A stretch of DNA of 64,000 nt from Candidatus Bathyarchaeia archaeon (GCA_038727135.1 JAVYWL010000001.1:544001-608000), one strand, 5' to 3'. Shown: positions 49,991-60,382, numbered from the stretch's first letter. Numbers and translations are program-made. The notes: generated by a model not told the origin, from the sequence alone.

Positions 49991-50230
49991 ATGGGTGCGA
50001 AAAGAAATAACAGCAAAAAGAAACTGAACCTTTTAGAAGTACCGGAATCTGAAAGAACCAACGTTTTGGAGAAAATTAGGCAAGCATTGCGGCAAAGTGC
50101 TGTTGAAACCAAATTGTGGAACGCTCTTCTTCAATGTGAAATGTTAACGATAAATGGACAAGTGGTGTTTTCTGAGGAAAACGTGTTAGATGGGTTGTTA
50201 ATGCAAAAACCGACCTGTAAGATTGCATAG
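49991..50230 (+). CDS. Small hypothetical protein
   Basis: 79-aa ORF divergent from the radical SAM gene; no motif recognised. Confidence 0.5.
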   Translation: MGAKRNNSKKKLNLLEVPESERTNVLEKIRQALRQSAVETKLWNALLQCEMLTINGQVVFSEENVLDGLLMQKPTCKIA

Positions 50231-50322
50231 AAAATGGCATTTTTGCCAATTTTATTTTTGCGAAAAGGGAAATAGGAGAGGGATTTTAATGTTGAGTATA
50301 ACCTACGACTTTAGGTACCATC

Positions 50323-51430
50323 TTCGGTCATGCAGGCGATTGACATAGCAATACAAATGTTAGATCAGAAGAAACATTAGACGTGGACGTTATTAGCATG
50401 AGCCTCGGCGGCGGGATAGGCGCAGACGGCGAAGACCCAGAAGACTTGCCTGTAGACGCAGCAACGGAAGCAGGCATAACAGTTGTAGAAAATAGCCTGC
50501 ACTTTGTTCCTCGGCTGTAAAGCCTGGAGTGGGAACAGCACCATCTATTATGGCTTGTTTAATCCCTTTTGCGGAAGGCACATCTTTTTCAAAATTACAC
50601 TGTCAGACGTTATTTTAGCTGACCAGAACAACAAAACCCATTCTGGAGCGACGCAGGGTAATATACTTAAGCACAGCTGAAAAAGTGGGTTAACAGCTAC
50701 TATTTCTGGGTTTATACTTCTTTGGAGACGGCGAAATTTAGTAACATTTGACGCCCCAATATTGCCCGGTGTGATAAGGCTTGTGCTTGCAGGCGACTTC
50801 TCAAGCTACAACCAAGTGATTGTCGGTGAGATGACAATAGAAGTGACAGAAGTATGGGTTACGAGCATGGACAAGAAAGTAGTCCTTTACAACAACGGAA
50901 TCCCAACCACCGCTCTAGTGGAAGTTTATCCGGGGAGAATTGAAGGATACTATGGGACAGTTAAACAAGGCGAAACAGACGTATACACGTTCAAGATAAA
51001 GGACGCAAATGGATTCGCCTTTGTGTTCCTATACTGGTACGGAGACTGGACAAAATGGGCGACAAGCGACCTAGACCTAATAATAATCAACCCAGACGGT
51101 TCATGGAACATAGATGGAGCAGCACTAGCGTCACCCGAAGTAACCATGTTAACAGCAGGACCCGGAGAAATATACAATCCTCGTAGACGGATAACAAGTA
51201 TACTTTGACAAAACAGAATACTACTACCTAGGAATCTATACTTTGCCGATACAACACCAGTATGGTCTTCACCACTAATAAGCCTAAAATACATGACAAC
51301 CGTTCAATCGCCAAAATATGGAGTAGCTGTTGTCTGGCTATACGACGCCGACTTTGGCGTATGGTATATTGGCGGATTCGCAAACCTTGCCAAAATGCCC
51401 AGAGGCTGCAAGGGAGCTTGTGCGATTTAA
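50323..51430 (+). pseudogene. Fragmented, partly inverted S8 (subtilisin-like) protease gene
   Basis: QAIDIAI...DVISMSLGGG...AGITVV on +; IKQAIIDGA...EQSAG on -; DLDLIIINPDG C-terminal domain; frameshifts. Confidence 0.75.
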
Positions 51431-51497
51431 AAATCGCCTAACCTCTCATCCCCCTTTTTTTATTGGTTATCAGTGGGCGTTTTACATTTCTTAAAAG

Positions 51498-51576
51498 TGG
51501 TAGCGGGGGGTCGATTTGAACGACCGATCTCTGGGTTATGAGCCCAGCGGGTTAATCCTGGCTACCCCACCCCGCT
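51498..51576 (-). tRNA. Initiator tRNA-Met(CAT), CCA encoded
   Basis: A1:U72, three G:C pairs in the anticodon stem, CTCATAA loop. Confidence 0.96.
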
Positions 51577-51669
51577 ACATCTATGCTGAAACAAACTCTC
51601 TTAAAACCTTTTAGGAAACCAGAAACTTTATTATTGCAGCCAACACTATCCGAGCGTGGTCAACCCGGT

Positions 51670-52314
51670 ATGGACAAGCCATATTTCCACCAAATTTTCA
51701 CTCCAGTGTTGGAAAATCCTATTTTCGTTCAGGGATTACCCGGGTTTGGTAATGTTGGAAAGATTGCAGCCCATCTTCTGATAAAGTTTTGCGGAGCTAG
51801 GCCATTTGCGGAACTGTATGCACCATACTTTCCAGACTACGTATCTGTGGACTCGGGTGGTGTTTGCCGCTTGCCAAAATACGAGTTTTACGCTGCACCC
51901 ATGGAAAAAAACGACTTCATAATACTAACTGGAGATACACAACCATCCTTCGAAGATGTTGTCGCCTACTACGAGTTATGCGGCGAAATATTAAATTTTG
52001 CCATCGAACACAACTGCAGCCTAATAATAACGATGGGCGGAATACCAACAGCAGAAAACACCTCACAAGTTTACGTTGCCGCCACATCGCCTAGGCTTGC
52101 AATGGATTTTATGGAGAAGGGCGCCATACTATACAGCAAGGGAAGAATAGCGGGAGCCACCGGTCTCATGCTCGGAATGGCAAAAGAACAAGGCTTAGAC
52201 GGTATATGCCTTTTAGGGGCAACAACGGGTTTTAAGGCTGATCGCGGAGCCGGATTTTCAGTTTTCAAATTCCTGATGAAAGCCCTAGGGAACGAAGTTA
52301 AGGAAGGGTTATAA
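51670..52314 (+). CDS. PAC2 family (proteasome assembly chaperone-like) protein
   Basis: GLPGFGNVGKIA, TGDTQP, TMGG. Confidence 0.88.
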   Translation: MDKPYFHQIFTPVLENPIFVQGLPGFGNVGKIAAHLLIKFCGARPFAELYAPYFPDYVSVDSGGVCRLPKYEFYAAPMEKNDFIILTGDTQPSFEDVVAYYELCGEILNFAIEHNCSLIITMGGIPTAENTSQVYVAATSPRLAMDFMEKGAILYSKGRIAGATGLMLGMAKEQGLDGICLLGATTGFKADRGAGFSVFKFLMKALGNEVKEGL

Positions 52315-52366
52315 GCAATTTTATTTATTAAATGCTTGCTGACCCAAAAGGTGAGGATTGAAAGCC

Positions 52367-52612
52367 ATGAGTGAAGATAGAGGAGAACGTGGAGGAGGAA
52401 AAACTGCGCGGTTTGATTTGAATTCAAGGTTCTGGCGAGTTTTGCTCACATTGCTTTCTGCACTTTTAACGTTTGGCGGACCCTATTTGGTTCCAGTGCT
52501 TTTCAGAGCTTTAGACTTAAGCTATGTCATCTCGGTGATTTCGGGACTTATCGTATTTTTAATCGGCTTGACGCTTATGTTGTTTCTGATCAAGAGAAAG
52601 GTGATTTCTTAA
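52367..52612 (+). CDS. Small two-TM membrane protein
   Basis: Two hydrophobic helices. Confidence 0.65.
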   Translation: MSEDRGERGGGKTARFDLNSRFWRVLLTLLSALLTFGGPYLVPVLFRALDLSYVISVISGLIVFLIGLTLMLFLIKRKVIS

Positions 52613-52621
52613 GGGGTTTGT

Positions 52622-52676
52622 GCCTCAGATACCCCAGGGAGCATCATCTTTTCAGCGTTTAGAGCTCTTCATCGGC
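52622..52676 (-). ncRNA. C/D-box guide sRNA
   Basis: GCC stem, C ATGAAGA, 10-nt guide, D' CTGA, C' ATGATGC, guide TCCCTGGGGTAT, D CTGA, GGC. Confidence 0.8.
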
Positions 52677-52753
52677 GATAAATTATGCTGTATAGGTTGT
52701 TAAAAAGCGTTCGGTTGTGGTTCTTTTTCGTTACGGAACAAAGCATATAAAGT

Positions 52754-53344
52754 ATGCTTAAAGATATACTAATTATGCAAGGTGAAAAAGAGGAACACGT
52801 AAACAAGATGCTTGAGAAGAATAAAGGTGCTGCTAAAAGAACAACAATAATCCTTGAAAAAGAGGAACGCGAGTTTATTGACAAGCTTATCAAAGAAGGA
52901 AAGGAACCTGGCATAAAACCTCTCATCTCTAAGATGCTTGACGTTTATAGAAGCATGATGATCTACGATTGGCGTTTCCCAGGCGAATATTATTGCGGAA
53001 TAAGCCGCATAGCCTTCCTAAACATAGAATTGGTAAACATACTAATCCAAAACATCCCAAAAGAGAGATGGAGAGAAATTGGACGGAAAATGGGTGAGGC
53101 AACAAAAGTTTCCATGGAAGCCACATTAGGCATACAAACATCGAACCCGGAAAAGTGGCAAGAGGTTTTCAAACGCTTGAGGGTTCAAGGCTTTGGGGAC
53201 TTCTACCTTAAAGATAAGTATCTTTTGATAAAGGCTCCGTTTATAAGCGAGTCTGAAATCTGGGCTGGATTTTTAGAGGGCTTGCTGGGTGTAGAATTAG
53301 ATATAAAAACGTTCACTCCGCCCTTTGTTTTTGAAATTAAGTAA
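52754..53344 (+). CDS. Hypothetical protein, possible RHH + V4R-like regulator
   Basis: KRTTIILE-EE beta-helix start; IGRKMG...GFG...GFLEGLLG. Confidence 0.6.
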   Translation: MLKDILIMQGEKEEHVNKMLEKNKGAAKRTTIILEKEEREFIDKLIKEGKEPGIKPLISKMLDVYRSMMIYDWRFPGEYYCGISRIAFLNIELVNILIQNIPKERWREIGRKMGEATKVSMEATLGIQTSNPEKWQEVFKRLRVQGFGDFYLKDKYLLIKAPFISESEIWAGFLEGLLGVELDIKTFTPPFVFEIK

Positions 53345-53411
53345 TAAGGCTCTGATCGCATTTCTCACTAAGCGAGAAAGCTTAAATTGTTGCATTTTTA
53401 TATTAAAATAT

Positions 53412-53708
53412 GTGAAAAAATTGAAAGAACAAATTAATGGCCATAAAATATGCGACGCTTTAAGCGATCCCACAAGGACAAAGATATTCAGATACCTTTT
53501 GCAAGCATATCCAGAAGCCAAAACAATTAATGAAATAGAGAAAATTCTCCCTAAACCAGTTTCAGCCACAACAATATCTTTCCACCTAAAAAAGCTTCGT
53601 GAAGCAGGATTAATAGTGACCAACGGACATAAAAAGGGGTTTAGAGCCGCCTACAAAGCCTTGAAAATAGGGTTTAACAACAACGGTTTTCATGTAGAGG
53701 AGAAATGA
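53412..53708 (+). CDS. ArsR family regulator
   Basis: ALSDPTRTKI, TISFHLKKLREAGLI; start uncertain. Confidence 0.85.
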   Translation: MKKLKEQINGHKICDALSDPTRTKIFRYLLQAYPEAKTINEIEKILPKPVSATTISFHLKKLREAGLIVTNGHKKGFRAAYKALKIGFNNNGFHVEEK

Positions 53709-54760
53709 AAATGAGAGAAGCCATGCTTTATGAAAAGCTTGAGGGTAAAAAGGTTAAATGTAATTTATGTGGCAGGAGATGCACAATAAACAATGGCGGA
53801 ACAGGCTTCTGTCTCGTAAGAAAGAACAATGAAGGCACCCTTTACTCACTTGTTTACGGAAAAGCCATATCCGCATGTATAGACCCTATCGGCAAAAAGC
53901 CTCTTTCACATTTCCATCCGGGAGCGTCTGTCATGTCTATTGCCACAATCGGCTGTAACTTCCGTTGTCAATTTTGCGACAATTGGATGATAAGTCAGGA
54001 AAAGAAGATCGCTGGAAGAGATTTCCCACCAGAAGAGGTTGTTAAGGCTACTAGAGACAATGGCTGTCAAGGCATAAGTTACACGTACACTGAGCCAACA
54101 ATATTTTTTGAATACGCATACGAGACGGCTAAACTTGCGCATCAAGTCGGCTTTTTCAACACTTTTGTTACGAATGGGTATATGACACCAGAGGCTGTCA
54201 AGACCATAGCGCCATATCTAGACGCTGCAACTGTAGATTTTAAAGGCGGGGGTGACCCTGACTTTTATAGAGTTTTTTCGGCTGTTCCATCAGTTGAACC
54301 CATCTACGAGTCTTTAAAGGAGATGAAAAGGAACGGCATCCACATTGAAATTACGAATTTGGTTGTGCCGAAAATAGGGGATTCCATTGAAAGGATAAAA
54401 GAGTTGGCAGCTTGGATAAGGGAAAATCTTGGAGAAGACACGCCTTTTCACTTATTGCGTTTCCACCCAGACTATCAACTTACCAATATTCCATCAACGC
54501 CTATCAAGACTTTGGAGAAGGCTTACGCTGCCGCTAAGAGTGTTGGCTTAAACTACGTTTATATTGGGAATGTTCCGGGGCATCCAGCTGAGAACACTTA
54601 TTGCCCAGGCTGCAATGAACTTTTAATTAAGCGCTTCAGTTTTGAGATTACAAAGTGGAATTTAACCAAGGATATGCGTTGTCCGGTGTGCGGTCGGGAA
54701 ATTCCAATAAAAGGGAAACTCCATGCTAGTGGCTATGCTTATCCATATGCACTTTTTTAA
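53705..54760 (+). CDS. amrS: AmmeMemoRadiSam-type radical SAM enzyme
   Basis: DPIGKKPL-HF-PG, GCNFRCQFC, YTYTEP, LRFHP, YVYIGNVPG. Confidence 0.9.
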   Translation: MKMREAMLYEKLEGKKVKCNLCGRRCTINNGGTGFCLVRKNNEGTLYSLVYGKAISACIDPIGKKPLSHFHPGASVMSIATIGCNFRCQFCDNWMISQEKKIAGRDFPPEEVVKATRDNGCQGISYTYTEPTIFFEYAYETAKLAHQVGFFNTFVTNGYMTPEAVKTIAPYLDAATVDFKGGGDPDFYRVFSAVPSVEPIYESLKEMKRNGIHIEITNLVVPKIGDSIERIKELAAWIRENLGEDTPFHLLRFHPDYQLTNIPSTPIKTLEKAYAAAKSVGLNYVYIGNVPGHPAENTYCPGCNELLIKRFSFEITKWNLTKDMRCPVCGREIPIKGKLHASGYAYPYALF

Positions 54761-54795
54761 ATGATTTTTGCGCCTTGAATTCTGGTTGAGCAGCG

Positions 54796-55887
54796 ATGTG
54801 GAGGATTATTCGTCCAGACGCTGTGGCTGTACTGAACGACAAGATGGCGAGGAGAAGCCTAGCTAGGTATTTTGCCGTAATGCAAAATGAAAAACCAGCA
54901 AAGTTTCTGATAGCCAAAATGCTTCCGGCCGACTTCAAAGAAAATGCTACCCTAGAGGAACTTTGGCAGATCCATAGAGAACTCACAAGACTATTCTGTG
55001 AATTCGAAAAAGAAATTGATACCAAAAAGAAAAGCTTGGACGAAATGCCAAAGCCTGAAAAATCCTACCTAGACTTAAAAATCGCAATTGCTAGGCGTAT
55101 ACTCGAAAAATGCCATTTCTGTGTTCGAAGGTGCGGAGTGAACAGGCTTGCGGATGAGCGAGGCTTCTGCAAATGTGGAAACGTGATAACTGTTTCAAGC
55201 ATTTTTGAGCACATGGGTGAGGAACCAGAACTTGTGCCTTCCGGAACCATATTCACTATGGGATGCACCATGCGCTGTAAGCACTGTCAAAACTGGACGA
55301 TATCCCAGTGGATTGAAAGCGGGGAACCGTACGAGCCGGAAAGACTAGCAGACGAGGTTAAAGAATTGCGCAGAGGTGGATGCAGAAACGCAAACCTTGT
55401 TGGTGGAGAACCAACACCGTGGCTAGAACAGTGGCTTGAAACATTCAAACACGTGAATGTTAACATACCCGTTGTTTGGAACTCAAACACCTATTACAGC
55501 AAAGAAACAGCCCAGCTTCTAGCTGGCTTTGCGGACGTTTACCTACTCGACTTTAAGTATGGACCAGGAGGCTGCGCTGAGAGAATTTCGGAAGCTCCAA
55601 ACTATTGGGAAGTGTGCACTCAAAACCATTTGGTTGCTAGAGAATATGGCGAACTTATAGTACGTGTTTTAGTTTTGCCCGGGCATCTCGAATGTTGTAC
55701 AAAGCCCATACTGAACTGGATAGCTGAAAACCTTGATAAAGAAACCAGAGTAAATGTCATGTTCCAATACCGACCGGAATGGCGGGCGTACGAAATCCCG
55801 GAACTTCGACGAAGACTGACAAGGGACGAAATGGATAGGGCTATTAAGCTCGCGAAAGAAGCTGGATTAGTGAACTTTATAACGTGA
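54796..55887 (+). CDS. PflX-like radical SAM protein
   Basis: H-GEEPELVPSGTIF-GC-x3-C-x2-CQN, VGGEPTP, M-QYRP. Confidence 0.88.
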   Translation: MWRIIRPDAVAVLNDKMARRSLARYFAVMQNEKPAKFLIAKMLPADFKENATLEELWQIHRELTRLFCEFEKEIDTKKKSLDEMPKPEKSYLDLKIAIARRILEKCHFCVRRCGVNRLADERGFCKCGNVITVSSIFEHMGEEPELVPSGTIFTMGCTMRCKHCQNWTISQWIESGEPYEPERLADEVKELRRGGCRNANLVGGEPTPWLEQWLETFKHVNVNIPVVWNSNTYYSKETAQLLAGFADVYLLDFKYGPGGCAERISEAPNYWEVCTQNHLVAREYGELIVRVLVLPGHLECCTKPILNWIAENLDKETRVNVMFQYRPEWRAYEIPELRRRLTRDEMDRAIKLAKEAGLVNFIT

Positions 55888-55951
55888 GCTGCATGTTCAT
55901 CGAAAGCTATTTCTTAAAGCCCACCCCTTCTTAACGTGGAAAGTGGTTAAG

Positions 55952-56161
55952 ATGCCATACTGTCCAGAATGCGGTGGCGAGATGCGCTACATAATAGCCA
56001 CCAAACACTATGTCTGCCAAAGTTGCGGGCTTTCAGTGACACAGCAAGAACTCATAGAGATTAGGGAAAAATTGCGACCTCCAGTTGAGGGCGAGGAGGA
56101 TGAAAAGGAAAGACGGAGAAAGGAATACTTGAAATGGTGGCTAAGTAGCAAAAAGAAATAA
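55952..56161 (+). CDS. Small zinc-ribbon protein
   Basis: CPECGG...YVCQSCG; EYLKWWL. Confidence 0.75.
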   Translation: MPYCPECGGEMRYIIATKHYVCQSCGLSVTQQELIEIREKLRPPVEGEEDEKERRRKEYLKWWLSSKKK

Positions 56162-56251
56162 AGCTCCGAAAATCTCGTGTTTAATGTTTGTTGGCAAACA
56201 GCATAAAAGAATGAAACTTATCCCTAAATTATGCTTGTATGAGGTGCAAAT

Positions 56252-57067
56252 ATGAGTGTGCAGATGGAAATTATTTGCGTCGGCAACGAGCTATTAATCG
56301 GGAAAACGCTAAACACAAACGCCCAATGGCTTGCCAAACGTGCCACATCATTGGGGGTTACCCTTAAAAGGATAACAGTTGTCGGCGATGACGTTGACGA
56401 AATTGCTTGCGCCGTGCGCGAAGCACTAGATCGAAAACCACGCTTCATAATCACGACGGGCGGATTGGGACCCACTTTTGATGACAAAACATTGGAGGGG
56501 ATAGCAAAAGCCATAAACCGCAGGTTAGAACTCAACGAAAAAGCCCTTGAAATGGTTAGAAAAAAGTATGAGGAGTATGCCAAAGCTAGAAAAATCAACG
56601 CTATTGAGATGACGGCACATAGAATTAAAATGGCAAAACTTCCGGAAGGCGCTGAACCATTGCCGAATCCCGTTGGTACAGCACCAGGAGTTCTAGTGAG
56701 AATAGGCGGCACCGATCTGATTGCTTTGCCCGGCGTTCCATCCGAAATGGAAGCAATTTTTGATGAGCATGTAGTCGATATGCTTAAGAAAGAAACGGGT
56801 GACATGACATTCTTTGAAGCCAGCATATACGCAGATAATATAATGGAGTCAGCTCTGGCCCCACTCATTGACATCGCAATGCGTGACAACCCTTATGTTT
56901 ACATAAAATCTCATCCAAAAGGCGCGGAGAAAAAACCACACATAGAAATCCATTTATCAACAACGGCCAAGAATTCTAAAACTGCAAAAGATCGCATTGG
57001 AAGAGCCATAATCCAACTTTCAGAACTGATAAAAGAAAGGGGCGGAAAAGTTAAACTTAAGGAATAA
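56252..57067 (+). CDS. CinA-like molybdopterin-binding domain protein
   Basis: GNELLIG-TLNTN, TGGLGPTFDD, NPVGTAPG, LPGVP-EM. Confidence 0.9.
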   Translation: MSVQMEIICVGNELLIGKTLNTNAQWLAKRATSLGVTLKRITVVGDDVDEIACAVREALDRKPRFIITTGGLGPTFDDKTLEGIAKAINRRLELNEKALEMVRKKYEEYAKARKINAIEMTAHRIKMAKLPEGAEPLPNPVGTAPGVLVRIGGTDLIALPGVPSEMEAIFDEHVVDMLKKETGDMTFFEASIYADNIMESALAPLIDIAMRDNPYVYIKSHPKGAEKKPHIEIHLSTTAKNSKTAKDRIGRAIIQLSELIKERGGKVKLKE

Positions 57068-57226
57068 AATAAAAACATATGGTTGCGATGATGAGCAGGC
57101 TAGATGCTGATAACATTTTTGCTAGATGATTGAAAATCCGGGTTCACCAAAGCAACCATATATTTTAACCTTATTGATTACGGTTTCATAAAAGCCATAA
57201 ATAGCCTTAAATAACGATTCGAGAAG

Positions 57227-58366
57227 ATGAAGCCGAAATTCGTCAAAACTTTAACAATGCTTCTCGTTCTTTCCGCATTTTCCTACATGCTTTCATCATG
57301 CTTTTCAGAAAGTTATACTCGCACTTACAATCTTTTAGATCGACCAAATGGCGTGAGGCTGTATGGATTAAACGTTGTTGTCACGCGAGCACTCTACGAA
57401 TATTATGTTGGACAGAGTCATAGGCAAGTCTCAGAAGCAGATTTTCCAAAATTTGTTACACCATACACGCTACTGCCAATTGCAGAAAAACTTTGGGAAA
57501 TTTATCAAGGTGACTGTGAAAATTTTGCAAACGGGGTTTTAATGATTGTTCACCAAATACCTTACGAAGTAACAGTGTCCGCTAAATATCCAATTGAAAC
57601 AATTGTGGAAAACAAAGGCGATTGTGACTTGTTTAGTTACGTGGCAGCCTCGATAATGAAGGCTGGAGGTCTCGATGTTGTTCTTCTGTATTATGAGAAT
57701 AAGGCACACATGAATGTTGGTGTTGGTCTTCCGAATCCACCACGCTACGCAAGAACACAAGCCTATTATGTGAACTATAATGGCGTCAAATATTATATCG
57801 CAGAATGCACTGGCGGAAATTGGAGAGATGGATGGAGAGTTGGAGAATGTCCGCCGGACTTAATTGATGAAAACCCCATAATTGTCACGCTTGAAAATTG
57901 CGAGCAGTGGTCACCAGGACAAGTAGCGGCAAGTTACACAACATTGGCATCTTCAACATTATCTCTAACTGTTTCATCAACTCTTGTTATACAAGGAAGC
58001 GCAATAACCCTTTCTGGACAACTTATACCAAAATTGTCAAACGAAAAAATAACTATCTACGTTAAAATGGGAGGTGCCCAATGGATTGCAGCAAACATAA
58101 CAACCACGGATCCTGCTGGTCAATTTGTATGCACTCTTAACCTTAATGAAGCAGGCACATGTTTAATTCGTGCAAGCTGGTCTGGAAACAGTGATTACGG
58201 TGGAACAGACAGCCCAATTATAACCGTAACCATACTACCCGCTTACTTTATTATGCTTATAATAATTGTTGCAGTTTTGATTTGTGTAAGCGTAACCATA
58301 TTTATACTGTCAAGACAAAAATATCGAGAAATAGGAGAGCTGAAACTTCCAGAAATATCAACGTGA
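57227..58366 (+). CDS. Secreted, membrane-anchored transglutaminase-like protein with Ig-like domain
   Basis: Signal peptide; KYPIET...GDCD, HM-VGV, ECT; C-terminal TM helix. Confidence 0.75.
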   Translation: MKPKFVKTLTMLLVLSAFSYMLSSCFSESYTRTYNLLDRPNGVRLYGLNVVVTRALYEYYVGQSHRQVSEADFPKFVTPYTLLPIAEKLWEIYQGDCENFANGVLMIVHQIPYEVTVSAKYPIETIVENKGDCDLFSYVAASIMKAGGLDVVLLYYENKAHMNVGVGLPNPPRYARTQAYYVNYNGVKYYIAECTGGNWRDGWRVGECPPDLIDENPIIVTLENCEQWSPGQVAASYTTLASSTLSLTVSSTLVIQGSAITLSGQLIPKLSNEKITIYVKMGGAQWIAANITTTDPAGQFVCTLNLNEAGTCLIRASWSGNSDYGGTDSPIITVTILPAYFIMLIIIVAVLICVSVTIFILSRQKYREIGELKLPEIST

Positions 58367-58431
58367 TAGGAAAAGCTTTTACCATCGAATATTGGTTTAT
58401 TGAATTAAAATCATCTTATAAGTGAACTGAA

Positions 58432-59193
58432 ATGTTTATTGTGTTTATCATTGGAACAGCTGGCTCTGGAAAGTCTCTGCTCACAGCAGCCTTTAGCGAA
58501 TGGTTAAGACTTTCGAAGCAAGACGTTGCAATAGTGAATTTAGATCCGGGAGCCTTAACACTGCCGTACACGCCTGACGTGGACGCTCGTGACTACATAA
58601 GCGTGGACAAAATCATGGAAGAGTACGGTTTGGGACCCAATGGCGCCCTAATAATGGCTGCAGACCTTTTAGCCGAGGAAATTGAAAATATTTCAAAGGA
58701 CGTAGAAGATTTAAAATCAGACATTGTTTTGGTTGATACTCCAGGGCAGATGGAATTATTTGCTTTTAGGGCAAGCGGACCCTACATAGCTAGCGAATTA
58801 ACCAGAGAGCCAAAAGCCATAGTCTACCTTTTCGACGCTGTATTTTCGCTAAATCCGCTTAATTATGTTTCAAATTTGTTCCTTTCAGCAGCCGTTTATA
58901 ATCGCTTTCTGCTACCTCAAGTGCATGTACTTTCAAAATGCGACTTGCTTTCAGAAGGAGACGTTAACAAAATTGTAGACTGGTCGGCAAATCCAAAAGC
59001 ATTGGAAGCAGCCATTGAACAAAAGCTTGAAGGTACAAAGCGTCTCTTAAGCAGAAACATGATGAAGGCTATTTATCAGCTTGGTTTGAAGTTCCTTCTT
59101 ATTCCAGTTTCAGCGAAAACAAATGAGGGGATGGTCAACTTTAACATGGCTTTGGAACGCATACTTGCAGGAGGAGATAAATACACATACTAA
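58432..59193 (+). CDS. GPN-loop GTPase
   Basis: GTAGSGKS, NLDPG, LGPNG, DTPGQME. Confidence 0.95.
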   Translation: MFIVFIIGTAGSGKSLLTAAFSEWLRLSKQDVAIVNLDPGALTLPYTPDVDARDYISVDKIMEEYGLGPNGALIMAADLLAEEIENISKDVEDLKSDIVLVDTPGQMELFAFRASGPYIASELTREPKAIVYLFDAVFSLNPLNYVSNLFLSAAVYNRFLLPQVHVLSKCDLLSEGDVNKIVDWSANPKALEAAIEQKLEGTKRLLSRNMMKAIYQLGLKFLLIPVSAKTNEGMVNFNMALERILAGGDKYTY

Positions 59194-59819
59194 CAATCGT
59201 CAAAAAGTGTCCATGCTGCAGCTGTGGCGCCATACTCTGCCAATTCTAAACTGTCAGCACCTGCAACTACAATAACATCGTTTTCCTCCGGCTGCAAAAG
59301 CGCAATTAGCTTTTCAGCAGTCTTTGGATAATCCCTTGAAAGATCGTCGCAGACAGAAGGAATAACTAATCGTCCATTCTTAAAAATTATAGTGGTGGCG
59401 CCTTTTGCGCCAACTTTAACCGCTGCGTCTCGCTGTTCTATGCCTGATTTAACTCTGTCTCCGCAATTTTTAGCTAGTATGGCAGAGTTGAAGGGCGCCG
59501 GCATAAGTTTGGCTTCTTCTAATTTAGCTCGTTTCCCAAGAGTTTTTCTGTATTCATCAAAAAGTTTAAATCCTTTAACGGTTAACTGACAGCCCGCCCT
59601 CGATGTCGAGATAAGCCCAACTCTTTTTAATCGATTGATAATAGTGCGCACGACACCTTCCCCAACCCTCAGTTCCTCAGCAAGTTTACCCCGCCCCAAT
59701 GGTTTTTCAGAAATTAGCTCCATGATGCGGAGAACATGCAAAACAGAAAACGTAGGAACTGGGCCTATCACTTTTTTGCCAACAATCTTCTCTAAAACAT
59801 TTTTAATCCTGCTCGGCAT
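59190..59819 (-). CDS. Winged-helix protein (DUF4443-like)
   Basis: GRGKLAEEL-VGEG-VRT, G-EQRDAAVK-GA-GA. Confidence 0.75.
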   Translation of the reverse strand: MPSRIKNVLEKIVGKKVIGPVPTFSVLHVLRIMELISEKPLGRGKLAEELRVGEGVVRTIINRLKRVGLISTSRAGCQLTVKGFKLFDEYRKTLGKRAKLEEAKLMPAPFNSAILAKNCGDRVKSGIEQRDAAVKVGAKGATTIIFKNGRLVIPSVCDDLSRDYPKTAEKLIALLQPEENDVIVVAGADSLELAEYGATAAAWTLFDDC

Positions 59820-59912
59820 TTTCTCACAGTTAAAATTTCAGTTTTAAAGGTATAAAATTATCCTTAACTGAAAAGGAGTTGAAATACGAATTAACGAGGT
59901 TACATTGTGTTA

Positions 59913-60293
59913 TTATCTTCTGACATAATATTCTCTTACTATGCCAGCTGTTAATGCGATAAGCCCCACTGCCAACAGGTATAGCATTGGATAGATAAAC
60001 ATTGATAGCATGGATTCATAAGTTAATGTCGGCGGTATCTGCGGGGTGAAAAACACCACAACCCACATTATTACAAAAGTTGAGATGCATCCCAACCCTA
60101 AGCCTACGGAAAGCCCATGTATAAAGCTGCTTCTATCTTGATTATTTGCGTTTAGCTTACTCTGTTCTTTTTGTTCAATTTCTTGTTCTGATGTTTGCTC
60201 TTCTTTTATGGGCTCCTCTGGTACTTGTTCAAGTTCTTGCTGGTTTGGACCTTCGCCAAACTGGGCTTCCGTTTGTGTTTCTTCAACTTCCAT
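59913..60293 (-). CDS. Membrane protein with acidic N-terminus
   Basis: Two TM helices. Confidence 0.7.
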   Translation of the reverse strand: MEVEETQTEAQFGEGPNQQELEQVPEEPIKEEQTSEQEIEQKEQSKLNANNQDRSSFIHGLSVGLGLGCISTFVIMWVVVFFTPQIPPTLTYESMLSMFIYPMLYLLAVGLIALTAGIVREYYVRR

Positions 60294-60382
60294 GCCAATC
60301 GCCTCTTTGAGATTTGGACGTGTAAATTAATAAAATTATTCAATTTTGGATTCGTATTTAGAATAAGAATCCCAAATTAGGT

